This document shows, one piece after another, positions 28,914 through 37,887 of a DNA stretch of 64,000 bases (within the stretch, counting starts at the first letter, position 1; each line of letters opens with the position of its first letter). The stretch comes from Candidatus Omnitrophota bacterium (GTDB taxonomy: Bacteria; Omnitrophota; Gorgyraeia; Tantalellales; Tantalellaceae). A program made the position numbers and the translations under genes. The notes under the pieces were generated by a model that was given only the letters and a program-made list of their open reading frames with translations, was not told the origin of the DNA and did no database searches. The stretch covers positions 64,466-128,465 of the forward strand of contig DAONGE010000002.1 in the NCBI GenBank assembly GCA_035403965.1. Reading direction: 5' to 3'.

Positions 28914-29896
28914 TGTATATATCATTCCTGAATAAAATAATGAGATCGGCGCAGAAGAAACACGCGGGGCGGTTATTTTATTTTCCGAATAAAATATCGA
29001 TAGAGCCGGGGAATATCTGCAATCTTAGATGTCCGCTTTGCCCGACGAATGATCCTGATAACGCGGATATAAAAAAAGGGATGATGTCTCTCGGCGATTT
29101 TAAGATCATATTCGATAAGATCAGTCCATTCGTAAAGACCATAGATCTTTTTAACTGGGGCGAACCGTTTTTAAATAAGGAAATAGGAGATATGGTCCGT
29201 TATGCGCGGGAGAGAAAACCCGGGATACGTGTTTTTATAGACAGTAATTTAAATATTATTAATGACGGACAAATCGACGCTATCGTGCGGTATGGTCTTG
29301 ACGTGCTGAAGGTTTCTTGCGACGGAGTGAGCCAGGCGGTATATGAAAAATACCGGCGTGGTGGGAATGTGAACGATGTTCTGGAAAATATAAAGAGGAT
29401 CATTCGAAAGAAGGAAGAACTTAAAATTGATAAGCCCCGGATCATATGGAAATATCTTGTGTTCAAACACAATATACATGAAGTCAATGAGGCGCGCCGC
29501 ATGGCCGGAGAACTTGGGATAGACCTTGAGGCGAGCGGAATGAGGATAAACTGCGGGAAAGAGATATTCGAGACCGTGGAGGAATCAGTGAGCCGTGACG
29601 CCGAATGGATCCCGTCCGGTACGGAATATGATAATTATAAGGATCTTGGAAAGAAAAAAGATACTTGTGAAAAACCGTGGAAGACAATGACGATAAATTG
29701 GGACGGTAGCGTAACCCCGTGCGGCGCCATTTATGACTGTGAAAAATATAATTTTGGGAATTTGATAAAAGAGAGCTTCGACGCTGTTTGGAACGGAAAG
29801 ATGTCCCGGACGGCCAGAGGCGTTATCGCGGATAAATGTGACGCGCCTGGGACTATCTGTTCTATATGTAAAAAGAACGGGTATCAATTTTTTTGA
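28913..29896 (+). CDS. Radical SAM protein with C-terminal SPASM/twitch-like Cys-rich domain
   Basis: It has a CNLRCPLCP (Cx3Cx2C) cluster. The C-terminal cysteines are CEKPW...CGAIYDC...CDAPGTICSIC. It overlaps the upstream stop by 1 nt. Confidence 0.6.
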   Translation: MYISFLNKIMRSAQKKHAGRLFYFPNKISIEPGNICNLRCPLCPTNDPDNADIKKGMMSLGDFKIIFDKISPFVKTIDLFNWGEPFLNKEIGDMVRYARERKPGIRVFIDSNLNIINDGQIDAIVRYGLDVLKVSCDGVSQAVYEKYRRGGNVNDVLENIKRIIRKKEELKIDKPRIIWKYLVFKHNIHEVNEARRMAGELGIDLEASGMRINCGKEIFETVEESVSRDAEWIPSGTEYDNYKDLGKKKDTCEKPWKTMTINWDGSVTPCGAIYDCEKYNFGNLIKESFDAVWNGKMSRTARGVIADKCDAPGTICSICKKNGYQFF

Positions 29897-29937
29897 GTTG
29901 CGGATGTGTGAGCAAAGAGTTCTGGGAGATTTGTTGA

Positions 29938-30078
29938 AGATGGCGTGCGGAAATCCGAGCATTGGAGAGAAAAGGCCACAATAGATAAAAGTAAATTACG
30001 CATCTACGCGAGGCAAACGCCGGGAGAATAAAAATAACAGGACTTTTCTCGAAACGCGCAGGATAACGCACGCCATCT
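29938..30078 (+). ncRNA. Candidate structured RNA / cis-regulatory leader element, copy A
   Basis: A perfect 12-bp closing stem (agatggcgtgcg / cgcacgccatct) encloses a core about 85% identical to copy B. The internal hairpin cgc-atcta-gcg is present. The strand is not determined. Confidence 0.4.
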
Positions 30079-30146
30079 AAGAGGTTGACACAACTATTCA
30101 TAGTGGGACGACGGGGTTGAGAAATTTAAGAGAAAGAGGATGAAAT

Positions 30147-31742
30147 ATGGTAGCAGATGGCAAATTTCCCTTATCGGTGGTGATAATCACCAAGAACGAG
30201 GAAAAACGTATCAAGGATTGTATCGAAAGTGTTAAATGGGCCGCTGAAATAATTGTTCTCGATGATTTCAGCAGGGACAGGACGGTCGATATCGCTAAGG
30301 AGCTTGGGGCGAAGGTTTATCAGAAGCAATGGACGAACGAAGGGGCCCACAGGAATTATGCGTATTCTCTCGCGACTAACGATTGGATACTCAGCCTTGA
30401 CGCGGATGAGCGCGTTACACCGGAACTGAAAGAGGAGATTGTTAGTACGCTGCAAAACGGCACGGATTGTAACGGTTTTGCTATCCCGAGAAAAAATTTT
30501 ATAGGCACATATTGGCTTCAGTATGGCGGATGGTATCCGAGCGCCCAGCTTCGTCTTTTCAGGCGCGGTGAGTTCAAGTATGAGGAAGTTGATGTTCATC
30601 CGCGCGCTTTCATGAAGGATCCGAGGGGAAATCTGAAAAATCCGATGCTTCATTATAGCTACAGGGACCTGGAAGATTTTGTGGCAAAGACCGACAATAT
30701 GACATCGCGCGAATGCGCGAAATGGATAGAGACGAAAGCCGAGATGCCTTTCGGCCGGGCGCTCAGGAGAAGCTTAGACAGGTTTTTCAGGGCGTATGGC
30801 CGAAAGCAGGGCAAGAAAGACGGGATGTACGGTTATATCGTGGCGATACTCGGCGGGTTTTACCAGTTTTTGAGTTATGCTAAATATTGGGAGAGAAAGC
30901 TTGGTGCCGCGTATCCTTATGATAATAAGTTGAAGGAACCTTTTGAGAAAATAGGCGCGAAGGATTGCGATAAGGAAAGAAAAAAATTATCCGTCGTCAT
31001 ACTGACCAAGAACGAAGAAGATAAGATTGCACATTGTCTGGCTACGCTTACATGGGCCGATGAAGTCGTACTTGTGGACGGTTTCAGTACCGATCTCACA
31101 GCTGAGATAGCCGAGAAATTCGGGGCGAAAGTGGTTCCACATAAATTCGAAGGGGATTTCGGTCTTGAAAGGAATATCGGTATAGAAAATTCATCGGGGG
31201 ACTGGGTGCTACAGCTTGACGCCGATGAAATGATGACCGCGGGTTTCAAGAAGAGGATCCTGTCTATCTTAAAAAAAGATGAAGGTTATGTGGCGTATAA
31301 ATTTATAAGGAAAAATTCTTTTCTCGGAAGATTCATGCGATATGGCGGATGGTATCATTATTCGCATCATTTTTTCAAAAAAGGGTTTGCGCATTACGAC
31401 GGCAGGGTGCACCATCAGCTTATCGTTGACGGCAAGCTTGGGGTTATTAAGGACGAACTTGAGCATTATCCGTTCCAGAGCATCGCGCAACTTGTTTCCA
31501 GACAGAATAGATACACGACCATAGAAGCCAGAGAGCTTATGGAACTTCGCGGGACGGTCAGCGATAAGGAATTCGCGTATAACATAAAAACTAAACCGCT
31601 GAAACTTTTCTGGAAGTTCTATGTTAAAAAGCAGGGATTCCGGGAAGGGATGCACGGGTTTATCTTTTCGGTATTATTTGCCTGGGTGCATTTTATAAAA
31701 TGGGCGAAGTATTGGGAAATGGCGCACGGAAAAGAGCAGTGA
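30147..31742 (+). CDS. Tandem-domain GT2 glycosyltransferase (two WaaE/KdtX-like GT2 domains)
   Basis: Two repeats of LSVVIxTKNEE...DDFS(T)D... are each followed by the DADE motif. Confidence 0.7.
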   Translation: MVADGKFPLSVVIITKNEEKRIKDCIESVKWAAEIIVLDDFSRDRTVDIAKELGAKVYQKQWTNEGAHRNYAYSLATNDWILSLDADERVTPELKEEIVSTLQNGTDCNGFAIPRKNFIGTYWLQYGGWYPSAQLRLFRRGEFKYEEVDVHPRAFMKDPRGNLKNPMLHYSYRDLEDFVAKTDNMTSRECAKWIETKAEMPFGRALRRSLDRFFRAYGRKQGKKDGMYGYIVAILGGFYQFLSYAKYWERKLGAAYPYDNKLKEPFEKIGAKDCDKERKKLSVVILTKNEEDKIAHCLATLTWADEVVLVDGFSTDLTAEIAEKFGAKVVPHKFEGDFGLERNIGIENSSGDWVLQLDADEMMTAGFKKRILSILKKDEGYVAYKFIRKNSFLGRFMRYGGWYHYSHHFFKKGFAHYDGRVHHQLIVDGKLGVIKDELEHYPFQSIAQLVSRQNRYTTIEARELMELRGTVSDKEFAYNIKTKPLKLFWKFYVKKQGFREGMHGFIFSVLFAWVHFIKWAKYWEMAHGKEQ

Positions 31743-31783
31743 GCTAAAGAGGTTGTTTTTGGGAAAAAATAAAGTTGTTTGAG

Positions 31784-31925
31784 GCGCCGGGCCGGGGTGT
31801 TCGAGCACTGGAGCGATTTTGAGGCAATAGATAAAAATAAATTACGCGTCAGCGCGAGTCGAACGCCGGGAGTATAAAAATAACACGAAAAATCGCGAAG
31901 CGCGCAGAATGCCCCGGCCCGGCGC
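31784..31925 (+). ncRNA. Candidate structured RNA / cis-regulatory leader element, copy B
   Basis: A perfect 14-bp closing stem (gcgccgggccgggg / ccccggcccggcgc) encloses the same conserved core (caatagataaaaRtaaattacgc...cgccgggagWataaaaataaca). The internal hairpin cgcg-tcag-cgcg is present. Confidence 0.4.
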
Positions 31926-31958
31926 GTGGCTAAAAAGTATTTTTAATGGGACAAGGAT

Positions 31959-33122
31959 ATGAGCGAGAAAGATAAAACGTGCGACATAGTGTTGTTGAGT
32001 TATGAGAACCCGGATCTTTTGGAGAAATGCGTAGTGAGTGTTCTTCATAATACGGATGTTCCGTCGCGTCTTATTATTGTCGATAACGCGAGTCGTAACG
32101 AGCGCGTGAAAAAATACATAAGTGATCTGGCGGGGAATGATGTTGTTTCTATCGAAAAAGTGTTTTGCGACAGGAATTATGGATTCGCCGGAGGTATAAA
32201 TAGAGGGATGCGGCTTTCGACATCCTCTTTTGTGTGCATACTGAACAATGATTGTATCGTGACGAAGTCATGGCTTTCGGAAATGATCAGTGTGGCCGTA
32301 AGTCAGAAAAATATCGGGCTTGTTAATCCGCAAAGCAGTACGTTCGGTTCTATCCCGTCTCCGGAAAAAGGGATCGAGAAGCACGCTGCCGAACTTTCAT
32401 GCCGTAAAGGGAAATATACGGAGCTTGGACATGCGATAGGTTTCGCGTGCCTTATAAAACGCGAGGTGATAGACAAGATTGGATATCTGGACGAGATATT
32501 TGAAGGCGTGTGCTATGAGGATACGGATTACTCCATGAGGGTGTTAAAGGCCGGATATATTTCGGTCATCGCCGAAGGGGCGTATGTTTTTCATCTGGAG
32601 CAGGCTTCGCGTAAAAATCTTAAGAACAGGGATGAAATATACGCGCGTAATTTATCATTATTTACAGAGAGATGGGGAAAGATACTGCGGGTATTGTATC
32701 TGGATCAGGGGCTCGATATCACTCAGACCGAATTTTTAAGAGAAGATTACGAGATGATGAGAGCGCTGTCCCGGCAAAGGGCTTTTGTGGATATGTGGGT
32801 CAAAGACAGTAAAAAACTGGTCACCCCTGGCGGCGCGTATGAATATCTTGGGGTTATACGCCATGCCGACGTTAATTTGAATGTGTTTTCGGACGCGTTT
32901 TACGGGATCCGTTTTCTGTGGAAAGTCCTTACAAAGAAGAAAAAGTATGACGCGGTTATTTTAAAGCAGGGTTTTTTATCCGGGATAGTTTCGTTTTTTG
33001 CGTTTACCGGTCGATATAAGGTCTTTATCCTGAACTACGATGATCGACTGATCGGGCCGGACGGAAAAATATTCGATCTTGTTGACGCCGTTGGATTAGC
33101 GGGGTATCTGAGGGGCGAATGA
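31959..33122 (+). CDS. Glycosyltransferase family 2
   Basis: It has IVLLSYEN, IIVDNASRNE and a YEDTD acidic motif. Confidence 0.65.
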   Translation: MSEKDKTCDIVLLSYENPDLLEKCVVSVLHNTDVPSRLIIVDNASRNERVKKYISDLAGNDVVSIEKVFCDRNYGFAGGINRGMRLSTSSFVCILNNDCIVTKSWLSEMISVAVSQKNIGLVNPQSSTFGSIPSPEKGIEKHAAELSCRKGKYTELGHAIGFACLIKREVIDKIGYLDEIFEGVCYEDTDYSMRVLKAGYISVIAEGAYVFHLEQASRKNLKNRDEIYARNLSLFTERWGKILRVLYLDQGLDITQTEFLREDYEMMRALSRQRAFVDMWVKDSKKLVTPGGAYEYLGVIRHADVNLNVFSDAFYGIRFLWKVLTKKKKYDAVILKQGFLSGIVSFFAFTGRYKVFILNYDDRLIGPDGKIFDLVDAVGLAGYLRGE

Positions 33123-33550
33123 TTAATTTTGGACTTGATAAAACGATCAAAGAGAAACTGCTGATAGTTTTTATATCGGCTTGGGTGATCATATGGGTGA
33201 TATTTCTTATACGTCCGGATAAAAAGGGGCAGTATCCTCTTTTGTTCAAGTTGTATGCTGCGCGGGGTGAGGAAAGGATCAGAACCGCTTTTGGGGCAGA
33301 TATGTACGATACGGTTATTTTTTGTAAAAACAATATGCGCCCTGGCGCCACATATCGTATGTATGGGTTCGAAAAATATTCTATTAACGAGGTTCGCGCC
33401 AGATATTTATTATGGCCGGCTAAATGTACCGGTGACGTTGAGCCTGATTATAAGATAGTTTTCGGAGGCGGGCTTGTGGACGAGAAAGGTTACCTGAGGA
33501 CGGATATCCCTGCCGGTAAAGGGTATCTATTGAGGAAAGAGCGATCATGA
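33119..33550 (+). CDS. Hypothetical small protein with N-terminal TM anchor
   Basis: It is translationally coupled on both sides (ATGA overlaps) and has one N-terminal TM helix. Confidence 0.4.
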   Translation: MINFGLDKTIKEKLLIVFISAWVIIWVIFLIRPDKKGQYPLLFKLYAARGEERIRTAFGADMYDTVIFCKNNMRPGATYRMYGFEKYSINEVRARYLLWPAKCTGDVEPDYKIVFGGGLVDEKGYLRTDIPAGKGYLLRKERS

Positions 33551-34920
33551 TGTTTTTGGTGGGAATAATATCTGTATTTGTTATGGGACTTGCCGTTGTT
33601 GCGATAATAGCCGCGGCAACCGGATATAGACCAAAATTTTTAGAAACGTTGGCGTTGTCTTTTTTTGCCGGTATGGGCGCGGTATCTCTTGCGTTGTTTT
33701 ATTGTGGGCTTATAGGAGTGCGTTATTCCATGGGTGTGTGCGTTGCTTTATTTATATTCGCGTTCGTCTTGATGGTATTTGGGTTTAGCCGGGGTTATTT
33801 GCCGCGGAATGTTGTTGGGGCTTTAAGATCGGGACGGGGTCTAAAGACGGTTGAAAAAATATTTATAGCCGGTATTTTTATCCAGGTTTTGTGGGTGTGG
33901 TTCCTGGTCGTTCCGTCCCCGGTGGAATCCCATGACGCGGTTGCGAATTACGCGCTGAAAGCAAAGATGTTTTACTATGATAAAGGTATCTCGTCCGGTT
34001 TCTTTAGATCGCAGGAGGCGACGGTGGCTCATCCGGATTACCCGCTACTTTTGCCGCTTTCCATGACATGGATATATCAATTCACCGGGTTCAACGATGT
34101 GATCATAACCCGCATAATGCCGGTATTTTACATGTGTGCTCTTTTGCTTATCTATTCATTGTCGCGGGCTTTTTTTAGCAGAACTTATTCGTTGATGGCG
34201 TTATTTGTCATGGCTACCGTCCCGCAATTTTTTGACTACGCTACAATAATACATACCGATATTATCCTGTCGGTTTTTATAGGCTGCGGTTTTATGTATA
34301 TGATGAAATATCTCTCCGGGCGACATGCGGGAGATATGGTTATTTCATCTGTTCTCATGGCGCTCGCGCTTTTTACGAAAAATGAAGCCGTACTTTTCTT
34401 TTTAATGTTCTTCGCTGTTCTTTCGATCGTTGGGGCGAGTACTCGGGCCTCGCGTTCGGTTATTAACTCGGCGCTAGTCGTAATATGCGTCATAGCAGGG
34501 CCGTGGTTCATAGTAAAACTATTTTTCGCCTCGGGGAATAACGATCTTGATATGGCGAAGATCACGCCGGGCAGGTTTTTTGAGAATATAAAATGTGTCC
34601 CGGCTGTTCTGGATATTTTTCAGCAGCAGGTATTTGGTCCGAAGAAATGGAATATTTTCTGGCCGCTTATTATCGGGAGCGTTATCCTTAAGTGGAAACA
34701 ACTTTTTTCGGAGAGCATCAGATGTATGACTATGTTCATTGTTTTTTGCGCCTTGGGATATTTCGCGGCTTATTTATTCATGACTGGTAACGATTCGGTT
34801 TATTTTTACGCAAATACGACGATGTCGCGTTTTATGCTTCACTTTACCGTATTATGCGGTTTTTATGCGGCGATGCTCCTTAAAAACGATATTGAGCCGT
34901 GTCTGGAAAAGTGGCGGTGA
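33547..34920 (+). CDS. Polytopic membrane protein, putative GT-C glycosyltransferase
   Basis: It has about 12 TM helices and a loop containing HPDYPLLLP. Its glycan-cluster context supports the call. Confidence 0.35.
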   Translation: MMFLVGIISVFVMGLAVVAIIAAATGYRPKFLETLALSFFAGMGAVSLALFYCGLIGVRYSMGVCVALFIFAFVLMVFGFSRGYLPRNVVGALRSGRGLKTVEKIFIAGIFIQVLWVWFLVVPSPVESHDAVANYALKAKMFYYDKGISSGFFRSQEATVAHPDYPLLLPLSMTWIYQFTGFNDVIITRIMPVFYMCALLLIYSLSRAFFSRTYSLMALFVMATVPQFFDYATIIHTDIILSVFIGCGFMYMMKYLSGRHAGDMVISSVLMALALFTKNEAVLFFLMFFAVLSIVGASTRASRSVINSALVVICVIAGPWFIVKLFFASGNNDLDMAKITPGRFFENIKCVPAVLDIFQQQVFGPKKWNIFWPLIIGSVILKWKQLFSESIRCMTMFIVFCALGYFAAYLFMTGNDSVYFYANTTMSRFMLHFTVLCGFYAAMLLKNDIEPCLEKWR

Positions 34921-34923
34921 TTA

Positions 34924-35511
34924 ATGAGAAAAAATATCATGGATAAATGTGTTTTTCTTGACAGGGACGGCGTGATAAATAAAGACGGTCACGGATGGAC
35001 CGAATATAGTTATATCACGCGCCCGGAGGATTTTTATTTTTTGAATAATGTGTTCAAGGCATTGAAGAAGTTTAGGGATCATGGGTATAAGTGTGTAGTG
35101 ATATCAAATCAGCAGGGTGTCGGCAAAGGATATTTCACCGAGAAGCAGCTCAAGGAAGTTACGGCATATATGATGGATAAAGTGGCGGAGAATGGCGGTA
35201 TGATAGACCGCGCGTATTATTGTATCCACACGAAAGAAGAAAAATGTAACTGCCGTAAGCCTGATACCGGGCTTTTTCTTAGGGCTGAGAAGGACCTAAA
35301 TATTCCGATCGTCTCAGGTGAATATTTTTTTGTGGGGGATACCGAACGGGATATGGAAGCCGGTAAAAAGGCCGGGCTCAGGACCGTTCTTGTCCTTTCC
35401 GGGAAGGCTAAGGCGGGGGACGAAGCGGAATGGGCGTTTAAACCGGAATTTGTCTGTGAGGATCTATTAGAGGCGTTCGATATCATAGAGAAAGAAGGGC
35501 AAAATAAATGA
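34924..35511 (+). CDS. gmhB: D-glycero-D-manno-heptose 1,7-bisphosphate phosphatase-like HAD-IIIA hydrolase
   Basis: It has FLDRDGVIN (DxDGT-type), VISNQQGVGKGYF, the Zn-binding CxC...CRKP pattern and FVGDTERDMEAG. Confidence 0.7.
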   Translation: MRKNIMDKCVFLDRDGVINKDGHGWTEYSYITRPEDFYFLNNVFKALKKFRDHGYKCVVISNQQGVGKGYFTEKQLKEVTAYMMDKVAENGGMIDRAYYCIHTKEEKCNCRKPDTGLFLRAEKDLNIPIVSGEYFFVGDTERDMEAGKKAGLRTVLVLSGKAKAGDEAEWAFKPEFVCEDLLEAFDIIEKEGQNK

Positions 35512-36638
35512 AAAAGATAATCATTATGTATTCAACGTCGGGACTTGGGCATAAATATACCGGAGAAGGCATATTGCAGGCTCTTCAGAAACGTGAAAAG
35601 GAGATAGACGTAAAATTCATTAATATCCTCGATTATGGGAATGGATTTTTTAAATTCCTTCATTTTAAATTTTATGTGACCTTGATGAAGTACGCTAAAA
35701 AACTGTGGGCGTTTCTGTATTATCTTTCGGATATGCCGGTGACTAGCACGATAATAAGGAAAACACTGCACGCGCTTGATAGTAAAAGCTGGCGCGGCCT
35801 TGAGGAACTTATGATAAAAGAAAAACCGGACGCGATAATAGCCACGCATTTTTTCCTGACCAGCATCGCGCATTCGATCAAATCCAATCCCGCGCTAAAG
35901 GTGAAACTGTATCTTATGGTTTCCGGGTTCGGCATGCATAATGTATGGTTTTCAAAAGATATCGATCATTTTTTTGTCGGTTCGGATGACGTGCAGAAAG
36001 ATCTTATGAAGCGCGGGATACATTATGAGGATATCACCGTGACTGGGATGCCGACAAAAGACGCGTTCAAAGCGCAAGGGGATGTGGTGAAGCTTCGGGC
36101 CGAATTTGGTCTGGACGCTGAGAAAAAAACAGTTCTTCTTTTAAGCGGCGGTTACGGGGTCGCTCCGATAGAGTCTATTCTCGGGTCCCTGAGATTGGTG
36201 AAAGCGCCGATACAGGTTATCGCGATATGCGGATATAATGAGGACGCGTACGCTAATGTGAATAAAAATAAGGATAAATACGGTTTCCCTGTTAAGGCCT
36301 TCGGTTTTACGGATAAAGTACCGGAACTTATGTCGGTGTCGGATCTCATAATCACTAAAGCCGGAACATCCAGCATCACTCAGGCTATGGCGATGTGTCT
36401 GCCGATGATATTGTTCTCGTATGTTCCCGGGCATGAAACGCCCACGGTGGAATATTTGCTTGAAAGCGGCGTGGCGCTTGAAGCCAGGAATATGGGAGAG
36501 ATCCCGGCGTTGGTGGATGATATCCTTCTTGATAAGGACCTGTATGACAAAATGAAAAAAGGGCTTGAGAAGATCAGGAAGCCGAACGCGGCCGATGAGA
36601 TAGTCGATATAGTGTTGGAAGATCTAGACCTTGTTTAA
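35508..36638 (+). CDS. GT28 MGDG-synthase/UgtP-like diacylglycerol glycosyltransferase, paralog 1
   Basis: The N-terminus SxGxGH (YSTSGLGHK) and the C-terminal TKAGTSSITQAMAMCLPMIL fit the MurG/MGDG family. Confidence 0.6.
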   Translation: MKKIIIMYSTSGLGHKYTGEGILQALQKREKEIDVKFINILDYGNGFFKFLHFKFYVTLMKYAKKLWAFLYYLSDMPVTSTIIRKTLHALDSKSWRGLEELMIKEKPDAIIATHFFLTSIAHSIKSNPALKVKLYLMVSGFGMHNVWFSKDIDHFFVGSDDVQKDLMKRGIHYEDITVTGMPTKDAFKAQGDVVKLRAEFGLDAEKKTVLLLSGGYGVAPIESILGSLRLVKAPIQVIAICGYNEDAYANVNKNKDKYGFPVKAFGFTDKVPELMSVSDLIITKAGTSSITQAMAMCLPMILFSYVPGHETPTVEYLLESGVALEARNMGEIPALVDDILLDKDLYDKMKKGLEKIRKPNAADEIVDIVLEDLDLV

Positions 36639-36661
36639 GTATCGTTCCAAAAGGAGAAAAA

Positions 36662-37786
36662 ATGAAAAAGGTGCTTATACTGTATTCTACCGGTGGGATG
36701 GGTCACAAAAAGGCCGCGATAGCTGTTTTTAAGGCGTTCCAGAAACGGGGAAATGCGGTAACGGCGCAGAATATCGATACGTTGGAATACGCGAATAAAT
36801 TCTATAAATTTGTTTATAATGAACTTTATGTGTTTCTTATGACATCCGGTAAAATGCTTTGGGGTTTTTTATATTATCTTACGGATCTGGGTCCGGTCGA
36901 CGCGTTCATGCGGCTTTTTAAAGGGAATACGGACATCAAGAATCTACCCGGCCTTGCCGAGATGATAACAAGAGAGAACCCGGACGCGATAGTGACCACG
37001 CATTTTGTACTCCCTTCGATATCCGAGATACTCAAGAAAAAAAACGATCTTTCGGCGAAGACATTTGTCGTTGTTACGGACTACGGTCCTCACGCGTTTT
37101 GGATCGCGAAAGACATTGATAGATATTTTATCGGCGCGGATGCCATGATGCCGGCTATGTTGAAAAAAGGAATACCGAAAGAAAAGATCACCGTGACGGG
37201 TATCCCGACCGTGGAAGAATTCACGCGCGAAATGAACTCCGCGGAATTAAGATCTAAATACGGTATACAGCCTGATCGAAAGACTATCTTTACGCTCAGC
37301 GGGGGTTTTGGTGTAGGGCCGACCGAAGAGATATTGAAAGAATTATGCGCGTGCAAAGAAAAGATACAGGTTATCGCCGTGTGTGGGCATAATAAGCAGG
37401 CGTACAGTAATATCGAGGCGATGCGTGATAAGTTGAATTATCCGGTGATACTTTTCGGTTTTACGGATAAGGTCGCCGAGCTTATGGCGGTGTCGGACCT
37501 TATGGTGACAAAAGCCGGTGGTATCAGCGTGACGGAGGCTTTGAATATGCGTCTTCCCATGATACTTTTTGAATCTATTCCGGGACAGGAAACGTGGAAT
37601 GAAAAACTTTTAGTTGAGGCGGGCGCGGCCAGAAAAGCGGCGAGTATAAAAGAGATCCCTGCCCTGGCTAACGCGATACTTTCGTCCCCGGTAGTTTACG
37701 ATTCTTTGAGGGCCGGGATAGAGAAGATTCGCAGACCGCGCGCGGCGGATGATATTGTTGATGCCGTGTTGAGGGATATTGCGTAG
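36662..37786 (+). CDS. GT28 MGDG-synthase/UgtP-like glycosyltransferase, paralog 2 (tandem duplicate)
   Basis: It has YSTGGMGHK and TKAGGISVTEALNMRLPMIL and is colinear with the upstream paralog. Confidence 0.6.
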   Translation: MKKVLILYSTGGMGHKKAAIAVFKAFQKRGNAVTAQNIDTLEYANKFYKFVYNELYVFLMTSGKMLWGFLYYLTDLGPVDAFMRLFKGNTDIKNLPGLAEMITRENPDAIVTTHFVLPSISEILKKKNDLSAKTFVVVTDYGPHAFWIAKDIDRYFIGADAMMPAMLKKGIPKEKITVTGIPTVEEFTREMNSAELRSKYGIQPDRKTIFTLSGGFGVGPTEEILKELCACKEKIQVIAVCGHNKQAYSNIEAMRDKLNYPVILFGFTDKVAELMAVSDLMVTKAGGISVTEALNMRLPMILFESIPGQETWNEKLLVEAGAARKAASIKEIPALANAILSSPVVYDSLRAGIEKIRRPRAADDIVDAVLRDIA

Positions 37787-37803
37787 ACAAATAGAAGTGC
37801 GAG

Positions 37804-37853
37804 GGATGTCATTGCAATGACATCCGTGTAGAGATTCGAAATTCGAGATTCGA
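37804..37853. promoter_or_regulatory. Perfect 22-nt palindrome followed by (g)agattcga direct repeats upstream of the UDG gene
   Basis: The palindrome is ggatgtcattgcaatgacatcc (37804-37825). It is followed by gagattcgaaattcgagattcga. Confidence 0.35.
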
Positions 37854-37887
37854 TTATACGGAATGGCAACATGGAACGAAAGGGATT

